Origin: an uncultured Acidobacteriota bacterium
GTDB lineage: Bacteria > Acidobacteriota > Polarisedimenticolia > J045
DNA length: 64,000 nucleotides
Direction of reading: 5' to 3'
NCBI GenBank assembly: GCA_963702425.1
Contig: CAVPCQ010000037.1
Location: forward strand, 192,001-256,000
Positions 1-9,786 of this stretch are shown in pieces (positions within the stretch are counted from its first letter, which is position 1; each line of letters starts with the position of its first letter). The position numbers and the translations under genes are program-made. The notes beneath the pieces were generated by a model. The model was not told where the DNA came from. It was given only the letters and a program-made list of their open reading frames with translations, and made no database searches.

Positions 1-308
1 TGGCGCGCGCCACCGAACCCGGCACCGCACCGACCTTCGTCGGTCACGTCGCGGTCTTCGACTGGATGTACGTCGCCTGGTACTACGCCTGGGCCGGGCT
101 GCCGAACCCGTTCGGCTACAAGGGGATCGACACCAAGTCGCTGGCGATGGGGCTGCTGCGCCTCCCCTGGCCGGAGACCGGCAAGGAGACGCTCTGCGCG
201 CGGCTCGGCCTCGCCGAGCAGGATGCGCCGACGGTCCATCGCGCGGACGCCGACGCGGCCCACCAGGCGCGCCTGCTCATCGCGCTGCTCGAGCGCGCCG
301 GGCTCTAG
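1..308 (+). CDS. DEDDh 3'-5' exonuclease, 5'-truncated by window edge
   Basis: Frame is open from the window start: FVGHVAVFDWMYV (ExoII-like), IDT, and HRADADA (ExoIII HxAxxD). Confidence 0.75.
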   Translation, partial: ARATEPGTAPTFVGHVAVFDWMYVAWYYAWAGLPNPFGYKGIDTKSLAMGLLRLPWPETGKETLCARLGLAEQDAPTVHRADADAAHQARLLIALLERAGL

Positions 309-394
309 CCCGGCCCCGGCGCGCTGGCGGGCCGGCGACCGCGTGCTAGTCTGACGCCGCCCGCTCGCACGCCCCGTTCCCTGGAGGCCGGTCC

Positions 395-2353
395 TTGGCG
401 CTCTCCGAGCGACTTTCCCTCGGTGTCACGCTCACCCTGGTGCTCATGCTGCTCGGCCTGCTCAGCGCGGGCGTGATCTACGTGTCGTGGCTCGACGCCG
501 AGTCGGTCAAGCGGCAGGCCCAGATCGACGTCGACGCCGAGGCGGCCCAGTACCGCAGCAACCTGGAGAGCTGGCACGCCCGGACCCTGCGCGAGCAGGC
601 CCGCCAGATGGCGGCCCCCTTCCTCTGGGGGGTCGACTCCCTCGACGGCGTGGGCGAGGGGACAGCGGAGTTCAACCGGCTGCAGAAGCGGATGTGCCAG
701 TACGTCTGGGGGCGCGATACCCCGCCGATCCTCGAGAGAAAGCCCAACGGGCCGCTCGAGGCGGTCGTCATCGTCGACCGCGAGCACCGGATCGTGGCCT
801 CGTCCGACCCGATGGAGGTCGACAAGCGCTACACCGACCCGGCGGAGATCGCGCTGCTCGACGCGGCGCTCGACAGCCCGAAAGTGCGCCGCGCCGCCGG
901 ACCGCCGCGCGACGACGGCCAGGAGGTGCTGGAGCTGCTGGCGGGCGTCCCCAACGGGCGCGGCGCGATCATCGGCGTCGTCCGGATGCGCTTCGTGGGC
1001 GGGATGATCGCCTCGCTGCCGGTCCTGCCGCGCTTCGAGGTCCACACCAAGCCGAGCTTCGCCGGCCCGGTCCTGGCCGGGCTGGTGGCGCTCTTCGGGC
1101 TGGCCTTCGGCGTGCTGGCGATCGCGCAGGTCGTGCGCCTCACGAGCCGGATCGAAGCCCTCGCGGAGGGCGTGCCGTTCCCGCCGACCCGCGGTCCCGG
1201 CGCGCGCGCCCTGTCGCTGATCGAAGGCAAGCTGGAGACCCTCTCCGACGCGGTCCAGCGCGACGACCTGATGGTCGCGTCGCTGACCGACGCGCTGCAG
1301 GAGGGGATGCTCGTGCTCGACAAGGACGGACGCGTGGTGATCGCGAACCGCCTCGCGCGCGAGTTCCTCGACCTCGAGCAGATGGTCGGGGAGGAGCTGC
1401 AGCAGCGCTTCCTGGCGGTTCGCAGCGGCTGCCCCGCGCTCGACGGCGTGATCGTCGAGGGGCTCGACCGCGGGCTCGCGGTGCGGGAGAAGCCGGTGGC
1501 CCTGGCCGCGGCCGGGGGCGAGCCCTACGAGCTGCAGGTCAACTCCTACGTCGGCCGCGGCCGCCGGCACTCGCACCACCTGATGCTGGTGCTCAAGGAC
1601 CGCAAGCGGATTGCGGCGCTCGAGAAGAACCTGCGCGAGGCCTCGCGCCTGGCGGCGATCGTGCAGCTCACCGGGAGCTTCGCGCACGAGGTGCGCAACC
1701 CGCTCGGCGCGATCGGCGTCAACCTCGACAACCTGCAGCGCAAACTCGTGCGCACCGCGGATCCCGACCCGGCGGCCGAGAAGACGCTGCGCGTCCTGCG
1801 CGAAGAGATCGTGCGGCTGAACGAAATCCTCGAGGAGTGGCTCGCGCTGACCGCGCCTGAGGAACGGGCCGCGGGCTTCGCCGACGTCGCCGACGTCGCC
1901 GACTCGGTGGCGCGGCTGCTCAAGGTCGAGGCGCGGCACCAGCACGTCGATCTCTCCGTCGAGCGGGACCCGGATCCCGGCCGGGCCGCGATCTCGACCG
2001 CGCGCCTGCGCCAGGTGCTGCTCAACCTCGCGCTCAACGGCCTGCAGGCGATGCCGTCGGGCGGGCGGCTCGCGCTGCGCGCCAAGGGGCTGGGGGACCG
2101 GGTCGTGCTGGAAGTCGAGGACACCGGCAGCGGGATCCCGGAGGAGGTCCGCGACCGGATCTTCGACTTCCACTTCACGACGCGGGAGGAGGGGAGCGGG
2201 CTGGGGCTCGCGATCTGCCGCCGGATGGTCGAGGAGGCGGGAGGGACGATCACCTTCCTGAGCCGGGTCGGGACGGGAACGCTCTTCACCGTGACGCTGC
2301 CGGCGAGCGGGTTCGGGAGGCAGCGGCCGGCTGCCGGGTCGCCGCCCCGCTGA
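395..2353 (+). CDS. Membrane sensor histidine kinase (two TM helices, PAS-like region, HisKA, HATPase)
   Basis: H-box FAHEVRNPL, N-box QVLLNLALNG, G-boxes DTGSG and GSGLGL; two hydrophobic helices. Confidence 0.9.
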   Translation: MALSERLSLGVTLTLVLMLLGLLSAGVIYVSWLDAESVKRQAQIDVDAEAAQYRSNLESWHARTLREQARQMAAPFLWGVDSLDGVGEGTAEFNRLQKRMCQYVWGRDTPPILERKPNGPLEAVVIVDREHRIVASSDPMEVDKRYTDPAEIALLDAALDSPKVRRAAGPPRDDGQEVLELLAGVPNGRGAIIGVVRMRFVGGMIASLPVLPRFEVHTKPSFAGPVLAGLVALFGLAFGVLAIAQVVRLTSRIEALAEGVPFPPTRGPGARALSLIEGKLETLSDAVQRDDLMVASLTDALQEGMLVLDKDGRVVIANRLAREFLDLEQMVGEELQQRFLAVRSGCPALDGVIVEGLDRGLAVREKPVALAAAGGEPYELQVNSYVGRGRRHSHHLMLVLKDRKRIAALEKNLREASRLAAIVQLTGSFAHEVRNPLGAIGVNLDNLQRKLVRTADPDPAAEKTLRVLREEIVRLNEILEEWLALTAPEERAAGFADVADVADSVARLLKVEARHQHVDLSVERDPDPGRAAISTARLRQVLLNLALNGLQAMPSGGRLALRAKGLGDRVVLEVEDTGSGIPEEVRDRIFDFHFTTREEGSGLGLAICRRMVEEAGGTITFLSRVGTGTLFTVTLPASGFGRQRPAAGSPPR

Positions 2354-2359
2354 GACCGA

Positions 2360-2623
2360 TCAGCCGGCGCAGCGGCAGCGGGCCAGCGTCCGGTTGCAGC
2401 AGAAGCAGTAGCCATTGGACCGGAACAGCTCGCGCATCTCGCCCTGCCAGGCGTCGGCGATCCCGATCCGCTCGACGTCCGACAGCTCGGCGGCGTCCAG
2501 CCAGACCCGCATCGTCTCCAGCGACGTGTTGTAGGCGCGGAGCAGCTCGAAGATCCCGACCGGCGCGCCCGCGGGGGCGGCGCGGTCCGCGGCCAGGGAC
2601 AGCTTGTTCGGTATCGTTCTCAT
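2360..2623 (-). CDS. Small hypothetical protein with Cys-rich C-terminus (87 aa)
   Basis: ATG at 2623; GC3-rich codon usage; ends YCFCCNRTLARCRCAG. Confidence 0.6.
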   Translation of the reverse strand: MRTIPNKLSLAADRAAPAGAPVGIFELLRAYNTSLETMRVWLDAAELSDVERIGIADAWQGEMRELFRSNGYCFCCNRTLARCRCAG

Positions 2624-2757
2624 GGAGTCTCGACCGCTTGAAAGTACGCGGGATCGGGGGGGCAGGCTCGCCGAAAGCCGCAAATCGGCGGGGTTCTTGC
2701 AGCAGCCATGGGCGCGTCAGCCGGCGCTCCCCGGGCGTCACCGCCTCGGACGGGAGA

Positions 2758-2847
2758 TGGCGGAAGGGGTGGGATTCGAACCCACGGTACGGTTACCCGC
2801 ACACCGGTTTTCGAGACCGGCGCCTTCAACCGCTCGGCCACCCTTCC
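2758..2847 (-). tRNA. tRNA-Ser (anticodon CGA)
   Basis: Acceptor stem GGAAGGG/CCCTTCC, anticodon loop CT-CGA-AA, long variable arm, GGTTCGAATCC T-loop, encoded CCA. Confidence 0.97.
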
Positions 2848-2900
2848 GCAAAGCGCCGGGGATCGTAGCAGAGGCCGGACGGAGCGTCACCCGAGGGGGG

Positions 2901-3575
2901 TCAGCGCGGGGCCATCCGCACGCGCAGCTCGAGCCCCAGCGCGGCGCTGCGGGCGAGCGCCTCCTCGCCCGGCGCGATCGGCCCGACCCCGGCCGGGGTC
3001 CCGGTGAAGACCAGGTCTCCCGGCTGCAGCAGGAACCAGCGCGAGAGCTGGGCCACGATCGCCGGCGGGTCGAGCAGCATCGAGGCCGCGCAGTCCGACT
3101 GCCGGAGCGTCCCTTCCACCGCCAGCGAGAGGTCGATCTCCCCCCACGGGACGGTCAGCGCCCCGCGCGGGACGAATGCGCTGACCGGGGCCGCCCCGGG
3201 GAACCCCTTGCTGCGGGCCCACGGCTGCCCCTTGGCCTTGGCCTGCGCCTGGAGGTCGCGCGCCGTCAGGTCGATCCCGAGGCCGACCGCGGCGATCGCC
3301 GACTCCGCCTCGTCGCGGGTCAGGCGCGCGCCGCCCGCACCGAGCAGGAGCACCAGCTCGACCTCGTGATGCACCTCCTCGCTCCCCTCGGGCCAGGCGA
3401 TCTCGAGCGCCGCACCCGCCGCCGAGCCCGAGACCAGCGCAGTGGCCGGCATCAGGAACACCACGGGCTCGGCCGGGGCCCCCATCTCCTTCGCGTGCTC
3501 GGCGTAGTTGCGGCCCAGCGCGTAGATCGTTCCGGCGCGGACCGGCGGTGCGCCGCGGACCACCACTTCGCTCAC
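2901..3575 (-). CDS. Fumarylacetoacetate hydrolase family protein
   Basis: Motifs GRNYAEH, HHEVEL, DLTARDLQ, GDLVFTGTPAGVG; GTG start overlaps the upstream stop. Confidence 0.9.
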   Translation of the reverse strand: MSEVVVRGAPPVRAGTIYALGRNYAEHAKEMGAPAEPVVFLMPATALVSGSAAGAALEIAWPEGSEEVHHEVELVLLLGAGGARLTRDEAESAIAAVGLGIDLTARDLQAQAKAKGQPWARSKGFPGAAPVSAFVPRGALTVPWGEIDLSLAVEGTLRQSDCAASMLLDPPAIVAQLSRWFLLQPGDLVFTGTPAGVGPIAPGEEALARSAALGLELRVRMAPR

Positions 3576-3928
3576 TTGCCGGGCCTCCGGAGCGGTGCGC
3601 GCGGATCGCCCGCTGGGAAGACCGTGCGCGGGCGGACGGTGTGCAGCGGGATCACGTCGCCGACCAGCCAAGCCGCCGCGACGACCGCGGTGAGCCCGAC
3701 GAGGATCGCCTCCAGCCACATCGAAGTGGTGCCGCCGCGATGGAGCCAGAGCGGCACGGCCACCGCCGCGAGCAACCCCGCGAGGAGCAGCGCATCGCGC
3801 ACCATGCGCCCCGCCGCGGACCACCGCAGCACGGCATTGCACCAGCGGCACGCGTACGTCGCCGCCGGCTTCAGGCTCGCGAGCAGGCCCGGAAAGACCC
3901 GCCCGCCGCATTCGGGACAGACCGCCAT
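3572..3928 (-). CDS. Zinc-ribbon plus two-TM hypothetical protein
   Basis: MAVCPECG...CRWC followed by two hydrophobic helices; GTGA overlap with the next gene. Confidence 0.6.
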   Translation of the reverse strand: MAVCPECGGRVFPGLLASLKPAATYACRWCNAVLRWSAAGRMVRDALLLAGLLAAVAVPLWLHRGGTTSMWLEAILVGLTAVVAAAWLVGDVIPLHTVRPRTVFPAGDPRAPLRRPGK

Positions 3929-3998
3929 GAACGCTCCGCGTCGAGGAACCCCTACGACCGGGAAGATATCGGGAGCATCGCCGCAGGACCACCGCTTG

Positions 3999-4841
3999 TC
4001 ACGCGCGGACCATCCGGCTGCGCAGGAAGGCCCGGGTGGCGATCCAGGCCTTGAGCGGGCGGGGCAGCTCAACCCGCCGGGGCCCGGCGGGGAAGCCGGC
4101 GCGCTCGATCCGCGCCAGGAGCCGGCGGTAGATCGCCGCCATCGCCTCGGCCGCGCAGAGATCGCGCGGCCAGCGCCGACCGAAGGCGCCGGCGGACTCG
4201 AAGCAGGCTCTGGCTCGCCCGGCCTCGAACCGGAGCAGATCGAGCCGCCGGGGATCCGCACCCAGCACCCCGGCCTCGTCGAGCCCGAAGCGAGCGAGGT
4301 CGTCCTGCGGCAGGTAGAAGCGGCCCGCCGCGGCATCGGCGCCGAGATCACGCAGGATGTTCGTGAGTTGCAGCGCCAGTCCGAGCTGGCGGGCGTACGC
4401 GTCGGCCTCCGGCTCGCGGTGCCCGAAGACCCGCACCGAGAGCCGCCCGACCGCGCCCGCCACGAGGTCGCAGTAGCGCGCCAGCTCGTCGAAGTGCGCA
4501 AATCGGCGCGGCTCGAGATCCCACCCGACGCCGTCGAGCACCTGCTCGAAGAGCTGCCGCTCGAGGCCGAACTGGCGCGCCGCCTCGCCGGCCCGCACCG
4601 CGACCGGGTGCGTCGCGCGGCCGTCGAAGGCGCGCGCGAGCTCCGCGCGCCAGAACTCCAGCGCGCTGGCCGCGCTCGCCGCGTCCGGCGCGTCATCGAC
4701 CGCGTTGTCGGCGGCGCGGCAGAAGGCGTAGACGGCGACGATCCCGTCGCGCTGATCGCGCGGCAGCGTCAGGAAGGCGTAGTAGAAGTTGCTCTTCGCC
4801 GCGCGCGTGAACTGGCGAACCTGCTCGAGCGGCGACGGCAT
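3999..4841 (-). CDS. hpnD: Squalene/phytoene synthase family protein (HpnD-like)
   Basis: SNFYYAF, YAFCRAADNAVDD, YCDLVAGAVG, QLTNILRD, GRFYLP motifs. Confidence 0.8.
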   Translation of the reverse strand: MPSPLEQVRQFTRAAKSNFYYAFLTLPRDQRDGIVAVYAFCRAADNAVDDAPDAASAASALEFWRAELARAFDGRATHPVAVRAGEAARQFGLERQLFEQVLDGVGWDLEPRRFAHFDELARYCDLVAGAVGRLSVRVFGHREPEADAYARQLGLALQLTNILRDLGADAAAGRFYLPQDDLARFGLDEAGVLGADPRRLDLLRFEAGRARACFESAGAFGRRWPRDLCAAEAMAAIYRRLLARIERAGFPAGPRRVELPRPLKAWIATRAFLRSRMVRA

Positions 4842-6452
4842 CAGCGCGGCCGGCTCCTGCGGCCGAGGCGTCGCCGCACCAGGAACCAGGCCATCGCCGC
4901 GGCCCAGGCCGCGCCCCAGGCGCGGTCGAGCAGGCCGCCCCAGCGGGTGTACGGCGGCGCGTCGCCCTGCGGGACGGTGACCGCGCGGATCAGCGTCCCT
5001 TCTTCGAGCCGCAGCCGCCCGGTCTTCGTGCTGCGCAGGTACTCCTCGACGCGACCGTCCGGGGCGATGAAGGCCGACGGGCCGGTGTTTCCGACTCGCA
5101 CCATCCCGACCCGGTTCTCGACCGCGCGCAGGATGTTGACCCCCATCTGGTTGTGCGAGAGGGGCCAGCCGAGCCACCCCTCCGAGCTGAGGTTGACGAA
5201 GAAGGTCGCGCCGCGCTGCCGCGCCTCGCGGCCCAGCTCGGGGTAGCACGACTCGTAGCAGAGCGGCGTCCAGAAGGTCCAGCTGCCCGCACTCGTCTCG
5301 AGCGTCAGCGGGATCGCTCCCGGGCCGCTGAAGCCGTGCGGCGCGCTGCGCCAGGCCGAGAGGGTGACCTTCGTCAGCAACTGTCCGAGCGCAGGGAACT
5401 GCCGCTCCATCCACGGGAACCCGCGGCGCTCCGTGAACGGAAAGAGCACGACCTTGTCATAGCGTCCGGCGCGCGCTCCGGCGGGATCGATGATCATGGC
5501 GCTGTTCGTCGGCCGCTGGCCGTCCGGGCCGAAGTTCTGCGTCCCGAAGAGCACCGGTGTGCCCAGCGTCCGGGCCACCGTCGCGACGCTCTTCTCGTAT
5601 TCCGGCCAGCGGTCGAGGTTGGCCAGGACCGAGTTCTCGGGCCAGGCGATCAGGTCGGCCGCGCCGCGCGGCACGGTGGCGAGCGTCTGCTGGACCGTGC
5701 CCGCGAGGACCTGCGGCGTGAGCTGGAACGAGTGCTCGAGCGCAGGTTGGATCACCGCGATCTGCGGTCCGGCGCTCTCGGGGACGCGACCCGATCCGGG
5801 CCACGCCGTAGACCAGCAGGAAGGCCGTCGCCGCCACGGCCGCCACGGCTCCCCAGCGCAGGCGACGCGCGTCGCCGGGGCGCGGGCCGTCGATGGCCCG
5901 CTTGGCGAGGTCGGCCAGCAGCGCGGCCGGGATCGCCCAAAGGAAGGTCAGGCCGTACGAGCCGACGAGATCGGCGGCCTGGATCAGCACCGGGTAGCCG
6001 AAGAGGAAGGTCCCGGCCTGGAACATGTTGTAGTTGCCGACGCCGAGGAGCGTGCGCGTCCACTCGCCGGCCGCCATCGCCAGCGGCAGGATCAGAAACA
6101 GCGGTCCCCGCGAGACGCGGTAGAGCGACCAGGCGAGGAGCGACTGCACGACGTAGTGGACCGTGATCACGGCCGGCAGCAAGGCGAGCGCGATCCAGCC
6201 GAACTTCACGAGCGGTGCGAGGGCGAACCAGATGAACAGCAGCAGCCCCGGCAGGAAGCCCAGCACCGGGGCGTGCCAGCGGTCGATCACCGCGGGCAGC
6301 ATCAGCACGACCCAGCCGAGTGCGACCAGCGGCCCGAGCGCCTCGTAGCGCGTCGCCGCCAGCAGCAGCAGGCCGCCGGCGAGGGAGACCGCGAGGACCT
6401 CGGCGATACGGCGCAGGCGCGACACGGGGCGCAGGCCGGCGGCGGACGACAT
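4841..6452 (-). CDS. lnt: Apolipoprotein N-acyltransferase, one frameshift near 5760-5790
   Basis: N-terminal multi-TM part (ORF 5457-6452) joins a nitrilase domain (ORF 4841-5755) with WPE, YDK and LCYE triad motifs plus RAVENR and NTGPS. Confidence 0.85.
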
Positions 6453-6455
6453 CGC

Positions 6456-7733
6456 TCAGCCCTCCCAGCGCCGCAGGACGAGGCAGGCGTTCGTCCCGCC
6501 GAAACCGAAGCTGTTGGACAGCGCGACCCGGGACTCGATCGCGTTGTCGCGCTCGAGCACGAGGCGGAGGTGCGCGCAGCGTTCGTCCACGCGGTCGACG
6601 TTGATCGACGGGGCCAGGAAGCCGCCCCGCAGCATCTGGATCGTGTAGATCGCTTCCAGGCTGCCGGCCGCGCCGACCGCGTGGCCGGTGGTGGACTTGG
6701 TCGAGGAGATCCACGGCTGCCGCTCGCCGAACACGGCCCACATCGCCGTCGCCTCCGAGGGATCGCCCTGCGGCGTCGACGTGCCGTGGGCGTTGACGTA
6801 GTCGACCTCCTCCGGTCGCAATCCGGCGTCAGCCAGCGCTTCGCGCATCACCTCGATCGCCCCTTCGGTGAGCGGCGCGACCATGTCGTTGCCGTCGGAG
6901 TTGGCGGCGAAGCCGGGCAGCTCGGCGAGGATCGGCGCGCCGCGCCGCTGCGCCGCGTCGAGGTCCTCGAGCAGCAGCATCCCGGCGCCGCCGCTGATCA
7001 CGAAGCCGTCGCGGTCGGCGTCGAAGGGGCGCGAGGCGCGCTCGGGGCTGTCGTTGAAGCCGCGCGAGAGGGCGTGCATGGCGTCGAACGCGCCCGCGCG
7101 CGTCCAGTCCAGTTCGTCGGCGGCGCCGGCGAGGACGCGCTCGTAGCGGCCGACGCGGATCAGCAGCGCGGCCAGCGCGATGGCGTGGGAGCCGGTCGAG
7201 CAGGCCGACGAGACGCACCAGCTTTCCCCGCGCACGCCGAGCGCGACGCTGACGTTGGCGGCGGCGGTCGAAGTCATCACCTGCGGGACCGTGAACGGGC
7301 TCACGCGGCGCGTGGCGACGAACTTCTCGACGCCGGCCGCGCGTGCCTTCTCCCCCTCCAGCTCGACCAGGCGCAGGGCGTTGTAGTTGCGGATCGCCGA
7401 GCCGATCCCGGAGCCGATGATCACCGCGACCCGGGCCCCGCGCAGCTCGGCCGGCTCGAGGCCCGCGGCGGTCAGCGCCTCGTGCGTCGCGTAGAGCGCC
7501 ATGCGCGACATGCTGGTGGCGCTCTTCTCGACTTTCCGGGTCAGGAGCGGGCTGTCGGGTTCGGCCTCCGGCACCCCTGCGACCTGGGAGGCGAAACCGA
7601 TCGTGGTCCACTCCGGCACGAATTGAACGCCCGAGCGGCCCGAGCGGAGCGACTGCTCGATCGCCGGCAGGCCCGTGCCGACGGACGAGACAGCCCCCAT
7701 CCCGGTGACGACCACGCGACGCTCCGACGCCAT
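6456..7733 (-). CDS. fabB: Beta-ketoacyl-ACP synthase (FabB-like)
   Basis: SACSTG active Cys, HGTST, STKSTTGH, SNSFGFGG; the FDAMxALSxxFND segment resembles FabB. Confidence 0.85.
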   Translation of the reverse strand: MASERRVVVTGMGAVSSVGTGLPAIEQSLRSGRSGVQFVPEWTTIGFASQVAGVPEAEPDSPLLTRKVEKSATSMSRMALYATHEALTAAGLEPAELRGARVAVIIGSGIGSAIRNYNALRLVELEGEKARAAGVEKFVATRRVSPFTVPQVMTSTAAANVSVALGVRGESWCVSSACSTGSHAIALAALLIRVGRYERVLAGAADELDWTRAGAFDAMHALSRGFNDSPERASRPFDADRDGFVISGGAGMLLLEDLDAAQRRGAPILAELPGFAANSDGNDMVAPLTEGAIEVMREALADAGLRPEEVDYVNAHGTSTPQGDPSEATAMWAVFGERQPWISSTKSTTGHAVGAAGSLEAIYTIQMLRGGFLAPSINVDRVDERCAHLRLVLERDNAIESRVALSNSFGFGGTNACLVLRRWEG

Positions 7734-7801
7734 CCGCCCCTCCGCGGCCCGCGGCCGTGGCGGGCATGATACCGACAGAAAGGGTGCCCGCGGGTCCGAG
7801 C

Positions 7802-7830
7802 TGGACAGCCCGGGGGGCCGATATTAGACT
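7802..7830 (+). promoter_or_regulatory. Putative sigma70 promoter of the A-type Fe-S carrier gene
   Basis: TGGACA-17 bp-TAGACT upstream of the ATG at 7894. Confidence 0.45.
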
Positions 7831-7893
7831 CACCGACTCGGGCGTAAAGCCCACCGTCGGCCGCCCGCCGGCGCGCCCCGCAAGGAGTCCCAG

Positions 7894-8277
7894 ATGTCGA
7901 CCAACCCGACCCACACCGGCGAGACGCCGGGCACCCCGGCGCCCGGCGGCGAGATGCTCGTCCTGACCCCGGCCGCGGTCCAGAAGCTGCTCGGCTACCA
8001 GTCCGAGAACCCCGAGTTCCAGGGGAAGGCTTTCCGCATCTTCATCGAGGGCGGCGGCTGCTCCGGGTTCCGCTACGGCTTCGGCTTCGACGACGCGTCG
8101 GAGGAAGACTGGAGCTTCGAGACCGGCGGCCTCAACGTGACGGTCGACCCGACCTCGATGCAGTACCTGCAGGGTGCGACGGTGGACTTCGTGGACGACC
8201 TGTCCGGGTCCGGCTTCATGGTCAAGAACCCGAACGCGAAGACCTCCTGCGGCTGCGGCCACTCCTTCAACGGCTGA
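7894..8277 (+). CDS. A-type iron-sulfur cluster insertion protein (HesB/IscA/ErpA family)
   Basis: GGGCSGFRY and NPNAKTSCGCGHSF motifs; AAGGAG RBS. Confidence 0.95.
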   Translation: MSTNPTHTGETPGTPAPGGEMLVLTPAAVQKLLGYQSENPEFQGKAFRIFIEGGGCSGFRYGFGFDDASEEDWSFETGGLNVTVDPTSMQYLQGATVDFVDDLSGSGFMVKNPNAKTSCGCGHSFNG

Positions 8278-8305
8278 CCCGCCGCCCGCAACACGGCCCG
8301 ATACC

Positions 8306-8345
8306 ACGAGGCCCCCGGGCGTTTGCCCGGGGGCCTCGTTTCTTG
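8306..8345 (+). terminator. Rho-independent terminator
   Basis: Perfect stem ACGAGGCCCCCGGGC/GCCCGGGGGCCTCGT with GTTT loop, followed by a T-rich tail, between convergent genes. Confidence 0.8.
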
Positions 8346-8378
8346 TGCTTACCCAAGGAGAGGGAGGGAGTGCTGACT

Positions 8379-9338
8379 TCAGGCCCCGGCCGGTGCCGGA
8401 GCCTGGGAATAGCTCGGTGCCGGAGCGGCGCCCGCGCTCCAGTCGATCGGCCAGACCGGGACCTCGGCCCCGGTCGGTGCTTCGCGCGCGGCGGTGAGCG
8501 CCTGCTGCGCGGCGACAAGCAGCGCCTCGACTTCCGGCCACGGCCCGTCCTCGGGGACGGCGATCCCGGCCATCACGAGGTCGCGGCGCGAGACGCCGGC
8601 CTGTGTCGCGAGCACGGTCACCAGCCGCGAGACGGCGGGACGGGCGTCGCGGCAATGCGGCATCAGGATCGCGATCCGGCGCGCGTCCCAGCGGCCGACG
8701 GCGTCCGAGCCCCGCACGGCCTGCTTGATCGCGTGGCCGAGTCGCCGGCTCCAGCGGTCGGGCTGGGCGGCAGCGGTCAGCGGCAGCGACTCGGCCAGCT
8801 CCACCAGGAGCAGCGTGGCCGGCTCGTGCCCCTCCTCGGCCTCCGACAGGGCCTGTTCCAGCGCCGCGGTGAAGCCCTTGCGGTTGAGCAGGCCGGTGGC
8901 CTGGTCGTAGAGGTCGAGGCGGCGGATCCGGTCGGCCTGGGCGCGGACGTCCCCCTCGCGGCGGGCGAGGCGGGAGCGGATCGATTCGGACTCCTCGGCG
9001 AGTGACTGCCAGAGGTGCAGCGCCCGGGCGAGGCCCCAGGCCGTCAGGACCGAGCCGGCCAGAGCGAGCGCCGGCGCGACCCAGGGCTCCAGCCCCTCGG
9101 ACAGCCCGAACACCAGCGCGCCCGCGAGCAGCAGCAGCCCGCCCGACAGCGCCAGGCGCGCGCTCCACGGCCGGCCGCGGCCGAGCCAGAGCACCAGCAG
9201 GACCCCCGCGAGGAGCGCGACGGCCGCGCCGACGGCCAGCGAGCCGCGTTCCGATCCCGGGAAGAGGAATGCAGCCGCCACCGCCGCGACCGCGACGGAC
9301 GCGAGCGGAAGGTACGGACCTCCCCGCAGCCACTTCAT
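8379..9338 (-). CDS. Membrane protein with degenerate GGDEF domain
   Basis: Four TM helices, coiled coil, DQATGLLNRKGF; RGSD I-site retained, GGDEF replaced by DARRI. Confidence 0.75.
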   Translation of the reverse strand: MKWLRGGPYLPLASVAVAAVAAAFLFPGSERGSLAVGAAVALLAGVLLVLWLGRGRPWSARLALSGGLLLLAGALVFGLSEGLEPWVAPALALAGSVLTAWGLARALHLWQSLAEESESIRSRLARREGDVRAQADRIRRLDLYDQATGLLNRKGFTAALEQALSEAEEGHEPATLLLVELAESLPLTAAAQPDRWSRRLGHAIKQAVRGSDAVGRWDARRIAILMPHCRDARPAVSRLVTVLATQAGVSRRDLVMAGIAVPEDGPWPEVEALLVAAQQALTAAREAPTGAEVPVWPIDWSAGAAPAPSYSQAPAPAGA

Positions 9339-9380
9339 CGCTCAGGACTCCACGCCGGCCTGTCCCCCACTCGGCCTTAC

Positions 9381-9396
9381 GCAAACTTCGTGCCCC
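9381..9396 (-). promoter_or_regulatory. Putative sigma54 (-24/-12) promoter of the GGDEF gene
   Basis: Minus strand reads GGGCACG-AAGT-TTGC, matching TGGCACG-N4-TTGC spacing, about 45 bp upstream of the start. Confidence 0.5.
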
Positions 9397-9547
9397 GGAC
9401 GGGTCGAACGCAAGCGGTTCCCGGCGCTTGGTCCCGGACGGATCGCGCCGGGGACGGGCGGAGACGGAGGTGGACGCGGAATGTCGCCCGGCTGACGCGG
9501 AGGGTCATCCGGGGGCGGTCCGGCAGGTGCACGGAGGGACCGGAGGA

Positions 9548-9636
9548 TGGTGCCGGAAGGGGGAGTCGAACCCCCAAGGGGCGTGAGCCCCGGCGGATTT
9601 TGAATCCGCTGCGTCTGCCGATTCCGCCATTCCGGC
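9548..9636 (-). tRNA. tRNA-Leu (anticodon CAA)
   Basis: GCCGGAA/TTCCGGC acceptor stem, anticodon loop TT-CAA-AA, variable arm, GGTTCGACTCC, encoded CCA. Confidence 0.97.
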
Positions 9637-9786
9637 GCGGGACGACGTCGACATCTTAGCCCGGCGGACCGCGATCGCATCGGGCCGGCGGCCCGCCCGG
9701 CACCTCGCGCAGAGGCGCCGCTGCCGCCGCCGGCGAGGGACGGGGGCCCGGGTCGGCGCCGCGGGCGCGCGCCCGGGCCCGGCCGC

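Noticed and set aside
7894-8277. Other selenoproteins (HesB-like, MsrA, SelO-like)
   Set aside because: The catalytic positions of the HesB-like protein and MsrA are ordinary Cys codons, and the SelO-like gene has no C-terminal CxxU-type motif.
2758-9636. Integrative element between the two tRNA genes
   Set aside because: No integrase and no duplicated tRNA 3' end were seen, and the cargo is housekeeping.
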